Below, in pieces: positions 38,006 to 50,434 of a stretch of 64,000 nt of DNA. The DNA comes from Hypanus sabinus (Eukaryota). Under the pieces are notes generated by a model. That model was not told the DNA's origin. It saw only the letters and a program-made list of their open reading frames with translations, and did no database searches. The position numbers and the translations under genes were made by a program. Numbering within the stretch: position 1 is the first letter of the stretch; each line of letters begins with the position of its first letter. Location of the stretch: the NCBI RefSeq assembly GCF_030144855.1, contig NW_026779008.1, positions 744,001-808,000 of the forward strand, written 5' to 3'.

Positions 38006-38519
38006 ATCCGGATCGTGGGGCCGAGAGAGAGGGAAAGGACCCGGACTGTCCCGGGATGCGGATCCATGGTGTGTCGGCATCTCACAGTAATTGCCCTCAG
38101 TCGCGGGAAATCTCCGCCCGTAGCGCCGCTCCGACATGCTGCCAGGTCATGGTACGGAGCGCAGGCGTGATTTTCGGGAAGGTTTCGACCCTTACACTTG
38201 CCTATGTGATCTCCTGGTCACGGTGAATCCTGGAGCGAACACGAGAGAGTCTGTGACTGTTGGAAATTCAAAGCCACTCGCTCAAAACGCAGAAGGAACT
38301 CAGCAGCTCAGGCAGCATCTATGCAAAAGAATAAACTGCCAGCGGTTCGGGACGAGTCCCTTCTTCAGCACTGAGAAGGACGGGGGAAATGCCAGAATCA
38401 AATGGTGTGCAGTATAATCAGAGGGGAAAGGGATTATCTAGAATGTGATAGTTGAAGCCAGGCGGGTGGGAAAGGTCAAGGGCTGGAGAAGAAAAATCTG
38501 ATAGCAGCGGAGAGTGACC

Positions 38520-39945
38520 ATAGAACATAGTAATCCACAGCTCATTGCAGGCACTTCTGCCCACAATGTTGTGCCGACCATGTATCCTAATTCAGAATTT
38601 CCCTACCGTATAGTCCTCTATTTTTAAGCTTCGTGTCCGGTACCTATATGAGAGTCTTTTAACAGACCCTATTGTATCCGCCTCTACCACCTTCACTGGA
38701 AATGCGTCCCATGCTCCCTTCTGTGTGTAAAACGTACCTCTGACTTCTCCCCTTGTACCTATTTCCAAGCACTTTAAAATGATGCCCCCTCATGTTAGCC
38801 AGTTCAACACTGGGAAAAAGCCTCTGGCTATCCACACTATCAAACCCCTCATCATCTTATACACCTCTGTCAAGTCACCTCTCGTCCGCCGTCGCTCCAA
38901 GAAGGAAGGGCCAAGTTCACTCAGTCTACTCTCATTAGGCATGCTCTCCAATGCAGGCAAGATCTTTGCTACGTGCTCTGCCCTCTCTCTATAGTATCCA
39001 CATCCTTCCTGCAGTGAGGTGTCCAGAAATGAACAGAGTGCTCCAAGTGGTGTGGAACTAAGGTTTCATATACCTGGAACATTGCCTCATGGCTCTGGAA
39101 TTCAATCCCACAGTTGATGAAGTCCAGCACACTATACACCTTTCTAACAACACGGTCAAACTGCGGAGCAGCTTTGAGCACCTATTGGACACAGATCCTC
39201 GACACTGCCAAGGGTTTCACCATTAATATTTGGTTGGAAAAAATTTGAAGAGAGAATTTGCTAACTTGCAGTCCTCTGGTACTTCTCAAGTCCTGGTTGA
39301 TAATGCAAAGATCATCGCCGGAGGCTCTGCAATTTTCTCCCTCTCTTCCCACAGTAGCTTGGGGTATATCTCACCTGGCCCCAGCGACTTGTCTAATTTA
39401 TATCTTTCCAGTGCTCCAGCACGTCCTCCTTCTTAATGTCTATATGCTCAAGCATTTCAATCCGCTGTAAGTCATCCCCACAATTGTGAAGGTCCCCTTC
39501 CCTGGTGAATACTGAAGCAAACTATTCATTCAGTTCCAACGCTACCTGATCTAACTCGGGTATCGCATCCTATTGGTCCTGTGATCACATTGCTCATCCT
39601 CTTGCTCTTCACAAACTTGGAGAATGCCTTCGTGTTTTCCTTAATCCTGCTCACCAAGGGTTTCTCATGGCCCCTTCTGGCTCTAATTCACACTTACACT
39701 CCTTCCAGGTAACCTTGTAATTCTCTAGAAATCCATCTGTACTCAGATTATAGGAGCTTCCATAAGCTTTTCTGTTCTTCTTAACTGAATTTTCTACATC
39801 CTTTGTACACTGTGGTTCTTCTACCCCACCGTGTGCTCCCTGCCTCAATGGAACATACCTGTGCAGAACGCCATGCCAGTGTTCCCTGAACATTTGCGAC
39901 ATTTCTGCCGTGCATTTCCCTGAAAACACCTGCCCACAATGATTT
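38520..39945 (-). mobile_element. CR1 LINE fragments
   Basis: YETLVPHHLEHSVHFW and 3' terminal motifs. Confidence 0.85.
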
Positions 39946-39971
39946 GCAGGCAGTGATCCTGTGAAATTCAT

Positions 39972-42064
39972 TGTCATGGCCGGCTCGGAGGCCAAGTCAT
40001 CGGTTTGTCACGTACCCCGTGACCGGATTACCGAACCAGCGGAAATGAAAAACACTTTGGAGTCTGGTATTACTGTAGCTAATAGTGTTTATTAGTATAC
40101 TAAGCAATACAGTACTATAAAATGCAAATATGTGAAACAGGTTAGCAATGATATGTACAGAAGTGTGGAAATAGGAATCAAAACCTAGCTCTTTCAAAGT
40201 CTAGATGTAAATGGTTAGTTTTACGATGGTGAAGAGTTCAGTTCAGTTCAGGTGGAGGGAGGAGGGGGGAGAGAGACACACACACGTTACCATCGAACTG
40301 TCCGTTGGCTTCCTGTCCTGTTGTAGTCATCGACCATGACCATGTACGACCGTTCATCAGTGGTGGACCTGTCACGCAGGCAAGGGTGGACACACAAGCA
40401 AGCCCCCACCGGTCGCACCTTTCACACACTGTGAGCCCCTGATCGATCCTACAAACCCCCACCTTCACATGGGTGCACAACGCTCTTTCAGTGTCCCGTG
40501 GTGTGTCTGCCTGTGTCTCAGCAGAGCTGCTTTTTATCATCACTTGCTAGACACCAGCTGGAATCTGGAGACTAGACTGGACAGGGCCCCGGAACCTGGG
40601 TCTTGACTTGGGCTCGGACTCCGGATCCAGACGAGGACTGGACGTGGCAAGGTAATAGGACTGGGAAACTCCTCGGAGCCTTGAACATGGAGTGGAAACC
40701 TCCTCGGAGACTTTGACCCGGACTGGACTTGACTCGAAGCCTGAGACTTGGACACGGAACGACAAACAACGACAGTCCACTCAAGTAGCGGCAAACAGTC
40801 TTCCTACTGAGCATTGGACTCGAGCACAGGAACACAGAACACAGAGCCAGGACCCCTCCTTGGGGACAGGACGTAGGGCCAGGGCTTTACATAGAGGACC
40901 CCTCCTTGGGGACAGGACGTAGGGCCGGGGCTTTACATAGAGTCAGGACCCCTCCTTGGTGACAGGACGTAGGGCCGGGGCTTTACATAGAGGTCCCCTC
41001 CTTGGGGACAGGACGTAGGGCCGGGGATCTACACAGAGTCAGGACCCCTCCTTGGGGACAGGACGTAGGGCCGGGGCTTTACATAGAGGACCCCTCCTTG
41101 GGGACAGGACGTAGGGCCGGGGATTTACACAGAGTCAGGACCCCTCCTTGGGGACAGGAAGTAGGGCCGGGGCTTTACATAGAGTCAGGACCCCTCCTTG
41201 GGGACAGGACGTAGGGCCGGGGATTTACACAGAGTCAGGACCCCTCCTTGGGGACAGGACGTAGGGCCGGGGCTTTACATAGTGTCAGGACCCCTCCTTG
41301 GGGACAGGACATAGGGCCGGGGCTTTACATAGTGTCAGGACCCCTCCTTGGGGACAGGACGTAGGGTCGGGGCTTTACTCAGAGTCAGGACCCCTCCTTG
41401 GGGACAGGACGTAGGGCCGGGGCTTTACACAGAGTCAGGACCCCTCCTTGGGGACAGGACGTAGGGCCGGGGCTTTACAGAGAGTCAGGACCCCTCCTTG
41501 GGGACAGGACGTAGGGCCGGGGCTTTACAGAGAGTCAGGATCCCTCCTTGGGGACAGGACGTAGGGCCGGGACTCATACACGGACACTAAACACGGGGAC
41601 ACAAAGAGACAGTTCCAAGCTCATCGATAAACAGTTCCTTCTGTTGGCATGACAAGGCTCCAGTCTCACTCTAGCGGTTAAACTTGATGGTGATTCAGGC
41701 GATGACACAGGCGAGGTTGCAGGCAAGGCTTCAGGCGTGGGTTGCTGAAAGATGGGGAAGGGATGGAAGGGAAGGGAAGGGAACAGTCCAGGGAAGGGTA
41801 ACGGCAAAGCCGGCCTGTCTTACCCAACGGAGGCGAGGACAGGGAGGGACAGAATCAACCGCAGGGCAATGGCAAAGACGGCCTGACCTACCCCACAGTG
41901 GCAAGGACAGGATACTGACAAGACCAACCCGCACCTACACTCGAACCCAGGGCCACTGATATTCCAGCCCCTATTTGAGAATCAGGTGCCTGTGATTCAG
42001 CCCAAATGAAACAATGGACAGCCCGAAGACCCGAAGCCTAGAGTCCATGGACCGGACCATGACA
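39972..42064 (-). mobile_element. composite LTR-derived block (Gypsy-type LTR with a second LTR fragment at 40006-40540)
   Basis: Inverted termini TGTCATGG...CCATGACA; nested TGTCACG end with minus-strand AATAAA and CCAGACTCCA shared with the LTR at 49482-49979; no clear TSD. Confidence 0.55.
40848..41575. repeat. 50-bp minisatellite (45-bp variants), ~15 copies
   Basis: Unit AGGACCCCTCCTTGGGGACAGGACGTAGGGCCGGGGCTTTACATAGAGTC. Confidence 0.95.
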
Positions 42065-43125
42065 AGCTAAATGGTAGGAGGCAAAGACTGGGAATAAAGG
42101 GAGCCAACTCTGGTTGGCTGCCAGTCACTAGTGGTGTTCCTCAGGGCTCTGTGTTCGGACTGGTGATTTTTGTAATATTCCAATAGTTTGGAAGACAGAA
42201 TTGCTGGCTTTGTTACAAGGTTTGCAGATGATATGAAGACATGAGGAGGGGCAGGTAGTTTTCGGTAGAGAGGGTGCAGAAGGACTGAGATAGATTTAGA
42301 GAATGGGAAAAAAAAAACAGCAGATGGGATACAGTGCCGGGAAGTGTATGTTCATGCATTTTGGTAGAAGAAATGAAAGTGTTAACTTCTTCGAAATGGA
42401 CAGAAAATACCGAACAACTGAGGTGCAAAGGGTCACGGGGAGTCCATGTTCAGGATTCCCTGAAGGTTAATTTGCAGGTCGAGTCTGTGGTGTGGAAGGC
42501 AAACGCAACGTCAGCATTCATTTCGAGAGATCTACAATATATCAGCGAGGATGTAATTTGGGAAGTTGGTCGTCACTGGTGAGGCCTCACTTGGAGGGCA
42601 GGTCTGGGCCCCTGATCTTGGAAAGGATGTGCCGAAACTGGAGAAGGTTCAGAGTATGTTCACGAAAACAGATTCCAGGATTGAATGGATTGTCATATGA
42701 AGAGCGTTCAATGGGCCTGAGCCTGGATCAGCAGAGGAATTAGGGCTGACCTCATGGAAACTTATCAAATTGTGGAAGGGCTTGATAGAGTGGATGTGGA
42801 AAGGATGCTTCCTGTGGTGGAAGAGTCTGCGACCAGGGAACAGAGCTTCAGAATAGAGGGGCGTCCTTTTAGAACGGAGATGACAGAGAACGGACTGAGA
42901 GTGGTGAATCTGGGGAATTCCGTGCCACAGGCAGCTGTGGAGGCCAATTCTTTATGTACATTTAGGGCAGAGGTGGATAGAATCTTGATTGATCCGGGCA
43001 TGAAGTGATACAGGGACAAGACAGGAGATTGGAGTGGAGAGCAAATTTGGATCAGCCATGATAAAATGACAGAACAGACTCGATGGGGTAAACAGCCTCA
43101 TTCTGGTCTTAAGTCTTATAGTCTG
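42065..43125 (+). mobile_element. degenerate CR1 LINE RT/3' end
   Basis: [12 protein letters not shown]-like, LVRPHLE and RVVNLGNSVP motifs. Confidence 0.85.
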
Positions 43126-43174
43126 ACGGTCTGTCCCCAGTGTGAACTCGCTGATGTAGCTTCAAGTCAGATGA

Positions 43175-44707
43175 CTAAGTGAATCCCTTCCCACAATCTG
43201 AGAAAGTGAATGGTTTCTCCCCAGTATGAACTAACTGGTGTCTCTGTAGCTTGGATGACCGAGTGAATCCCTTCCCACATTCAGGGCAGGTGAATGGCCT
43301 CTCCCCAGTGTGGATTCGCTGATGTGACAAAAGGGTGGATGAGTGAGCGAATGCCTTCCCACAATCTGAGCAGGTGAACGGCCTCTCCCCAGTGTGGATT
43401 CGCTGGTGTGACAAAAGGTTGGATGACTGAGTGAATCCCTTCCCACATTCAGAACAAGTGAATGGCCTCTCCCCAGTGTGAACCAGCTGGTGTCTCTGTA
43501 GGGTGGATGAGTGAGTGAATCCCTTCCCACACACAGAGCAGGTGAACGGCCTCTCCCCAATGTGAACTCGCAGATGTATTTTCAAATCCGATGACCCAGC
43601 AAACTCCTTTCCACAGTCTGAGCAGGTGAACGGCCTCTCCCCAGTGTGAACTCGCTGATGTATTTTCAAGCCAGATGATCGAGCGAACTCCTTTCCACAG
43701 TCTGAGCAGATGAACGGTTTCTCCCCAGTGTGAACTAACTGGTGCCTCAGTAGGCGAAATGACAGAGTGAATCTTTTCCCACAGTCTGAGCAAATGAACG
43801 GTTTCTCCCCAGTGTGAAAGCACTGATGTGTGTTCAGTTGAGATGACCGAATGAATCGCTTCCCACAGTCCGAGCACGTGAATGGCCTCTCCCCAGTGTG
43901 AACTCGCTGATGTACTTTCAAGTCAGATGACAGAGTGAATCTCTTCCCACATTCAGAGCAGCTGAACGGTTTCTCCCCAGTGTGAAATCGTTGATGGACG
44001 CTCAGCTGAGATGCACGAGCGAACTCCTTCCCACAGTCTGAGCAGGTGAACGGTTTCTCCCCAGTGTGAACTCGCTGATGTTCCTTCAGTTGAGATGACC
44101 GTGTGAATCCCTTCTCACATACTGAGCAGGCAAACGGTTTCTCCCCAGTGTGAACCAGCCAGTGTGTCTGTAGTTTGGATGACTGAGTGAATCCCTTCCC
44201 ACACTCAGAGCAGGTGAATGGCCTCTCCTCAGTGTGAACCAGCAAGTGTCTCCGTAGTTTGGATGAGTGCATGAAACCTTTCCCACATTCAGAGCAGGTG
44301 AACGGACTCACCCCAGAATGAACTCGCTGATGTACCTTCAGGTCAGTTGACCGAGTGAATCCCTTCCCACATTCTGAGCAGCTGAACGGTTTCTCCCCAG
44401 TGTGAACCAGCTGGTGTCTCAGTAGGTGAGATGACCGAGTAAATCGCTTCCCACATTCTGAGCAGCTGAACGGTTTCTCCCCAGTGTGAACCAGCTGGTG
44501 TCTCAGTAGGTGAGATGACCGAGTGAATGCCTCTCCACATTCTGAGCAGGTGAACAGCCTCTCCCCAGTGTGAACTCGCCGATGTACCTTCAATTGAGAT
44601 GATGAAGTGAACTCCTTCCCACAGTCTGAGCAGGTGAACGGCATCTTCTCAGTGTGAACTGGTGACGTTCGTTCATTTGAGATGACTAAATGAATCTGTT
44701 TCGACAT
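43175..44707 (-). CDS. C2H2 (Kruppel-type) zinc-finger protein, 17 intact tandem fingers, no KRAB/SCAN/BTB seen
   Basis: 510-aa ORF of CxxC-x12-HxxxH fingers with TGEK/RPF linkers; 18th finger broken (C>F, TAG); terminal exon acceptor TTTTCTTTTGTAACTCCGTGTTATCCACAG|G at 45176. Confidence 0.9.
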   Translation of the reverse strand: MSKQIHLVISNERTSPVHTEKMPFTCSDCGKEFTSSSQLKVHRRVHTGERLFTCSECGEAFTRSSHLLRHQLVHTGEKPFSCSECGKRFTRSSHLLRHQLVHTGEKPFSCSECGKGFTRSTDLKVHQRVHSGVSPFTCSECGKGFMHSSKLRRHLLVHTEERPFTCSECGKGFTQSSKLQTHWLVHTGEKPFACSVCEKGFTRSSQLKEHQRVHTGEKPFTCSDCGKEFARASQLSVHQRFHTGEKPFSCSECGKRFTLSSDLKVHQRVHTGERPFTCSDCGKRFIRSSQLNTHQCFHTGEKPFICSDCGKRFTLSFRLLRHQLVHTGEKPFICSDCGKEFARSSGLKIHQRVHTGERPFTCSDCGKEFAGSSDLKIHLRVHIGERPFTCSVCGKGFTHSSTLQRHQLVHTGERPFTCSECGKGFTQSSNLLSHQRIHTGERPFTCSDCGKAFAHSSTLLSHQRIHTGERPFTCPECGKGFTRSSKLQRHQLVHTGEKPFTFSDCGKGFT

Positions 44708-45279
44708 TCAGAGGTGGGGAAAGGCCATGGCACCATGTGAATTTGCTGGTGTCTCTGTAGTGTGGTTGATGGTGTCAGTGCCTTCCTGCACTCTGAGAAA
44801 CGTCTCCTCACTGGTGAATTTTTGGATATATCTTCAGCATCAATGACAGAATGAATTGCTTCCCGCTGTCAGAACAGGTGGAGCATCTCACTGTGGTGTG
44901 AACTTGCTGATGTATCTTCAGGCTGGTTGACTGAGTAGTTCCCCTCCCTCACACAGAGCAGGTGAATGGCCTCTCCCCACTGTGAACTCACTGGCGTGTC
45001 TGCGGGTAGGCTGTGAGTGAATCCCTTCCCACACTGAGAGAAGGAGAATGATATCTCACTGCGATCAATCATCTGGCAATTCAGACAGTCAGATGTTTGA
45101 ATCCCTTGTACAATCAATGAGTTGAAGAACTGATCTCCAGTGAACAAATGCTGGTGTGTTCTCAGCACCCCGGTTCCTGTGGATAACACGGAGTTACAAA
45201 AGAAAATTTCCCTTCAGACACAGATACAACTCCAACTGGATCAACAACAATGCAAAATACATCAATGGGAGAAGGACAA

Positions 45280-45530
45280 TATCCATCCGACCTTATCTCA
45301 AACAGATTTACTGAGGTCGCCTTCACTGCTTCATTAGGCAGAGAAATCCACAGATTCACCACCCTCAGGGAAAAGCAGTTCCTCCTCATCTCCGTCCCAC
45401 ATCCCCCAATCTTGAGGCAATGTCCTCTCGTACTAAGCCTCACCTACCAGTGGAAGCAACTTTCCCGCCTCTGGCTTATCTACCCCTTTCATAACTTTAC
45501 ATGTTTCTGTAAGATCTCCTCTCAATGTGA
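45280..45530 (-). mobile_element. CR1 3' fragment
   Basis: TRGHCLKI...FSLRVVNLWISLP. Confidence 0.8.
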
Positions 45531-46779
45531 GCGCTGGAATCACAATTTTACCCAATTCAACTCAAGCTGGAGCAACACAACCTGAGATATACAGTGGGAA
45601 GCGAGGGAGGAGATTGCTGAGCCTCTGGCGATGACCTTTGTATTACCACTCAGGACAGGAGATGTACCAGAGAATTGGAAGACATTGTCCCCTTGTTAGG
45701 GAATGGAGTTGAGGGAACCCAGGAATTATAGACCAGTGAGTGGAGAGTGCCCCAGTGGCCATCTCCCTCAGTAATCGTTACCTCACTTTGGATGTGGTTG
45801 AGGGGGGATGACCTGACAGAGGACGACCACGACGATCGGGTCTCTGGCACTGACCCTGGTTCCGTGGTGCAGAAGGGAAAGAGGAAGTTGAGGAATGCAG
45901 TAGTCATAGGATTCAATAGTGAGGGGAATGGACAGGAGGTTCTGCACGCCTGATAGAGATACGTGTGTGGTGTGTTGCCTCCCAGGTGCCAGGGTACGGG
46001 ATCTCTCAGATCGGGTGCAAGGTATTCTGAAGGGAGCGGGTGACCAGCCAGAAGTCTTGGTACACGTTGGTATATATGACACAGGTAGACAAAGAGAGGA
46101 GGGCGTGAGGAGAGAATTCAGGGAGTTCGGTAGGAAGCTGAAAGGCAGGACATCTAGGGTAGTAACCTCAGGATTGCTGCCTGTGCCACGTGCTGGTGAG
46201 AGCAATACTAGCATGATTAGGTATATTAATGTGTGGCTGAGGGACTGGTGTAGGGGGCAGGGCTTTAGATTCCTGGATCATTGGGATCTCCTCTGGGGGA
46301 GGTATGACCTGTACAAAAAGGACGGGTTACACCTGAACCCAAAGGGGTCCAATATCCTAGCCAGCACATTTAATAGAGCTGTTAGGGAGGGTTTAAACTG
46401 ATTTGGCGTGGGGATGGGAATCAGAGTGATGGGGCTGAGGAAACGGGAAACAGAAATAAATCGAAGATAGCGTGCAACAGGGCAACAGAGATGTGGGGCA
46501 GTGAAAATAGAAAGCAACAAATCCTGGGCTGAGAGAGTTATTTGAATGTACAGAGCATGAGGATTAAAATGGACGATCCTGAAATTCAGCTGCAAATTGG
46601 CAAATTGGTCAATCTCTGAAACTTGGATAAAAGGTGGCTGCCGATGGGAGTTGAATGTCCAAGAATACACGGTGTATCAGAATGATAGGTGACTGGGCAG
46701 AGAGGGTGGTGTGGCTCTCTGGATAAAAAAATATTAAATCATTGGAAAGAGATGACATAGGATTGTAAGGTGTGACCGT

Positions 46780-47430
46780 CTAACCATATAACAATTACAG
46801 CACGGAAACAGGCCATCTCGGCCCTTCTAGTCCATGCGAACGCTGACACTCACCTAGTCCCACTGGCCCGCACTCAGCCCATAACCCTCCATTCCTTTCC
46901 TGTCCATATACCCATCCAATTTTACTTTAAATGACAATACCGAACCTACCTCTACCACTTCTACTGGAAGCTCATTCCACACAGCTACCACTCTCTGAGT
47001 AAAGACGTTCCCTCCTTAAGCTTTTGCCCCCAACTCTCAAATCATGTCCACTTGTTTGAATCTCCCCTATTCACAATGGAAAAAGCCTATCCACGTCAAC
47101 TCAATATATCCCCCTCATTATTTTAAATACCTCTATCAAGTCCCCCCTCAACCTTCTGTGCTCCAAAGAATAAAGACCTAACTTGTTCAGCCTTTCCCTA
47201 TGACTTAGGTGCTGAAACCCAGGTAACATTCTAGTAAATCTTCTCTGTACTCTCTCTATTTTGTTGATATCGTTCCTATAATTCAGTGACCGGAACTGTA
47301 CACAATACTCCAAATTCAGCCTTACGAATGCCATGTACAGTTTTAACACTACATCCCAACTCCTATACTCAATGCTCTTATTTATAAAGGCCAGCATAAC
47401 AAAAGCTTTCTTCACCACCCTATCCACATG
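46780..47430 (-). mobile_element. younger CR1 3' end nested in the older CR1
   Basis: 108-aa ORF VRLNLEYCVQF...RRLRGDLIEVFK. Confidence 0.9.
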
Positions 47431-49481
47431 ATGGGGTCATGGGTCTGTACGGGTTGAGTTACGAAATGGGGAGGGGAATGGCAGTTGTATACAGATCTCC
47501 ATACAGCAGTCGGGATGTGGATTACAAATTACAGCAGGAGATAGAAAAGGCCTGTCAGAAAGGCAATGATAACATTGATAATCATTGGCAATTTTAACAT
47601 GAAAGTGAATTGGGAGGACCTCGAGAGAAAGAATTTGTAGAATATCTAAGGGATTGCTTTTTAGAACAGCTGGTTGTTGAGCCCACGAGGGGATCGGCTA
47701 TGCTGGACTGGGTGATGCCAATATGATCAAATTCACATTGAAATTTGAGAGGGAAAAAATAAAACCAATGTGTCAGTATTTCAGTGGAATAAAGGAAATT
47801 GCAATGGATGGGAGGGGAACTGGCTGAAGTCGACTGAAAAGGGACATTTGCAGGAAGGACAGCAGAGCAGAATGGGTGGATTTTCTGCAAATAATGAGGG
47901 AAATACAAGACAGATATATTCCAAATAAGAAGAGATGTTCAAAGGGAAGAAGGACACTACTGTGGCTGACAAGTGAAGTCAGAGCCAAAGTAAAAGCAAA
48001 AGAGAGGGCAAACAAGGAAGTTCGAGCTAGTGGGAAGACAGCTTCACCAGCTTTTTAAAACTTGCAAAAGAAAACTCAGAAGGTCATTCGGAAGGAAAAG
48101 ATGAATTATGAGAGGAAGCTGGTGACTAATATCAAAGAAGATACTGAAAGCTTTTTTAAATATACATATATATATAAAGGGTAAAAAGAGTCGAGGGTAG
48201 ATTTAGGACCAATACAATATATCGCTGGACTTATTGTAATGAGAGTTGCTGAGAAGTAAGAGGAACTGAATGCGTACCAGACATTCAAGAGTATCAGGGA
48301 AGTGAAGTTTGTGCACTGACAATTACGACTCAGAAGGTGCTCTGGAAGTTTAATGGTCTGAGGGTGGATAAATCTCCAGGACCTGATGCAATGCACCCTC
48401 CGGTTCTGAAGAAAATAGCTGGAAAGATTGTGGAGGCATTAACAATGATCTTTGAAGAATCAATAAATTCTGGCATTGTACCAGATGACTGGAAAATAGC
48501 AAATGTTACTCCGCTATTTAAGAAGGGTCAGAGGCAACAGAAAGGGAACTATAGACCTGTTAGCATGACATCAATGGTTGGCGGTTGATGGAATCGATTG
48601 TTAGGGATGAGATTATGGAGTACCTGGAGGCGCATGACAAGATAGGCCAAAGCCAGCATGGTTTCTTGAAAGGAAAATCCTGCCTGACAAAACTACTGCA
48701 ATTCTTTGAGGAAATTACAAGCAGGGTAGACAAAGGAGATGCAGTAGACGTGGTGTACTTGGATGTTCAGAAGGCCTTTGACAATGTGCTGCACATGAGG
48801 CTGCTTAGCAAGATAAAAGCCCATGGTATGACAGGGAAGTTATTAAAGTGGGTGGAGCATTGGCTGGTCGGCAGAAAACAGAGAGTGGGAATAATGGGAT
48901 CCTATTCTGGCTGGCTTCCTGCTACCAGTGGAGTTCCACAGGGGTCAGAGTTGGGACCACTGCTTTTTACAATACCTGTCAATGATTTTGACTATGATAT
49001 GAAAGGATTTATGGCTAAATTTGCCGATGATAAAAAAATAGGTGGAGGAGCGGGTAGTGTTGAGGAAACAGAGAGCCTGCAAAGAGACATAGATAGTTTA
49101 GGGGAATAGCAAAGAAGTGGTAAATGAAATACAATGTTGGAAAGTGTGTGGTCATGCACTTTGGTGGAAGAAATAAATGGACAGACTATGATTTCAATGG
49201 GGAGAGAATTCAAAATGCAGAAATGCAAAGAGACTTGGGAATCCTTGTGCTAGATGCACTAAAGGTGAACCTCCAGGTTGAGCCAGTTGTGAATAAGGCA
49301 AAATTCTAGAGGTATAGGATATAAGAGCAGTGATGTGATGTTGTGGCTTTATAAGGCACTCGGGAGACCACACTTGGAGTATTGTGTACAGGATTGGGCT
49401 CCTCACTTTGGGAAGGATATATTGACATTGGTGAATGCTCAGCGAAGATTCACGAGAATAATCCCAGGTTTGAAATGGTTA

Positions 49482-49979
49482 TTGCGATGAAATCTTAAGT
49501 TTTATTCATTATGGACTGTGCATTTAAGAATCGACCCATGACTATTAGAGCGTTTGAGGGCAACCCTGTGGAATCTACCGGTGTGTCTAACCCTTGCGTG
49601 GGTTGGTAGATTATCACTTGAAGATGGCGCTCTTAAGCTGGTCACGTTTGGCTAACTTGGAAGATTTGGAGGACATCGAGGAGAATTGACAATTGACAAC
49701 ATCTGTTTACTTGGATTACACATCTCTCTCTCACTTCAATCCCGTGGACTAAATTGAATTTCCTTACCACACCATCATAAGACTGTATCATTTACCACCT
49801 GAGCTTGAAGAAGTTCGGGGATTTATACATTTACACCTATATATGCATAACAGCATTACCTCTTGATTTACCTGGTTTAAGTTACTAAATGACGTAGTTA
49901 CTAATAAAATAGCGTTTTGTTAACAGCAAAACCAGACTCCAGGCATTCCACTGCTGCTGAGACTTTTGTGTTCGTAACA
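49482..49979 (+). mobile_element. solo LTR (Gypsy-like) with 4-bp TSD GTTA
   Basis: Ends ...TTCGTAACA; AATAAA at ~49903; GTTA on both sides; CR1 sequence resumes after it; 5' TG eroded. Confidence 0.75.
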
Positions 49980-50434
49980 GTTACCGCATGAGGAACGTCC
50001 GGCAGCTCTTGAGCTGTATTCCCTGGAGTTCAGGAGAATGACGGAGTTCTCATAGAAACACTCCGAACATTAAAAGGCCTGAACAGATGAGATATGGAAA
50101 AGTTATTTCCCATGGTAGGGGAGTCTAGGACAAGAGGGCACGACTTCAGGATTGAAGGACGACCTTTCGGAACTGAGATGCGGAGAAATTACTTTAGTCT
50201 GAGGGTTGTAAATCTGTGGAATTTGTTGCCACAAGTGGCTGTGGAGGCCTAGTCATTGGGTGTTTTTAAGGCAGAGATAGATAGTTTCTTGATTAGCCAG
50301 GGCATCGAAGGGTATTGAGTGAAAGCAGGGGAATGCGGATGACTGGAAGAATTGGATCAGCCCATGATTGAATGGCGGTGCAGTCTCGATGGGCCAAATG
50401 GCCTACTTCTGCTCCTGTATCTTATGGTCTTATG

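Larger units (their letters stand above)
45740..50432 (+). mobile_element. near full-length degenerate CR1 LINE (ORF1 esterase, APE, RT, 3' end) carrying nested insertions
   Basis: Esterase ORF 45919-46401; RT motifs at 48337-49109; (TTATGGTC) tail at ~50420. Confidence 0.9.
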
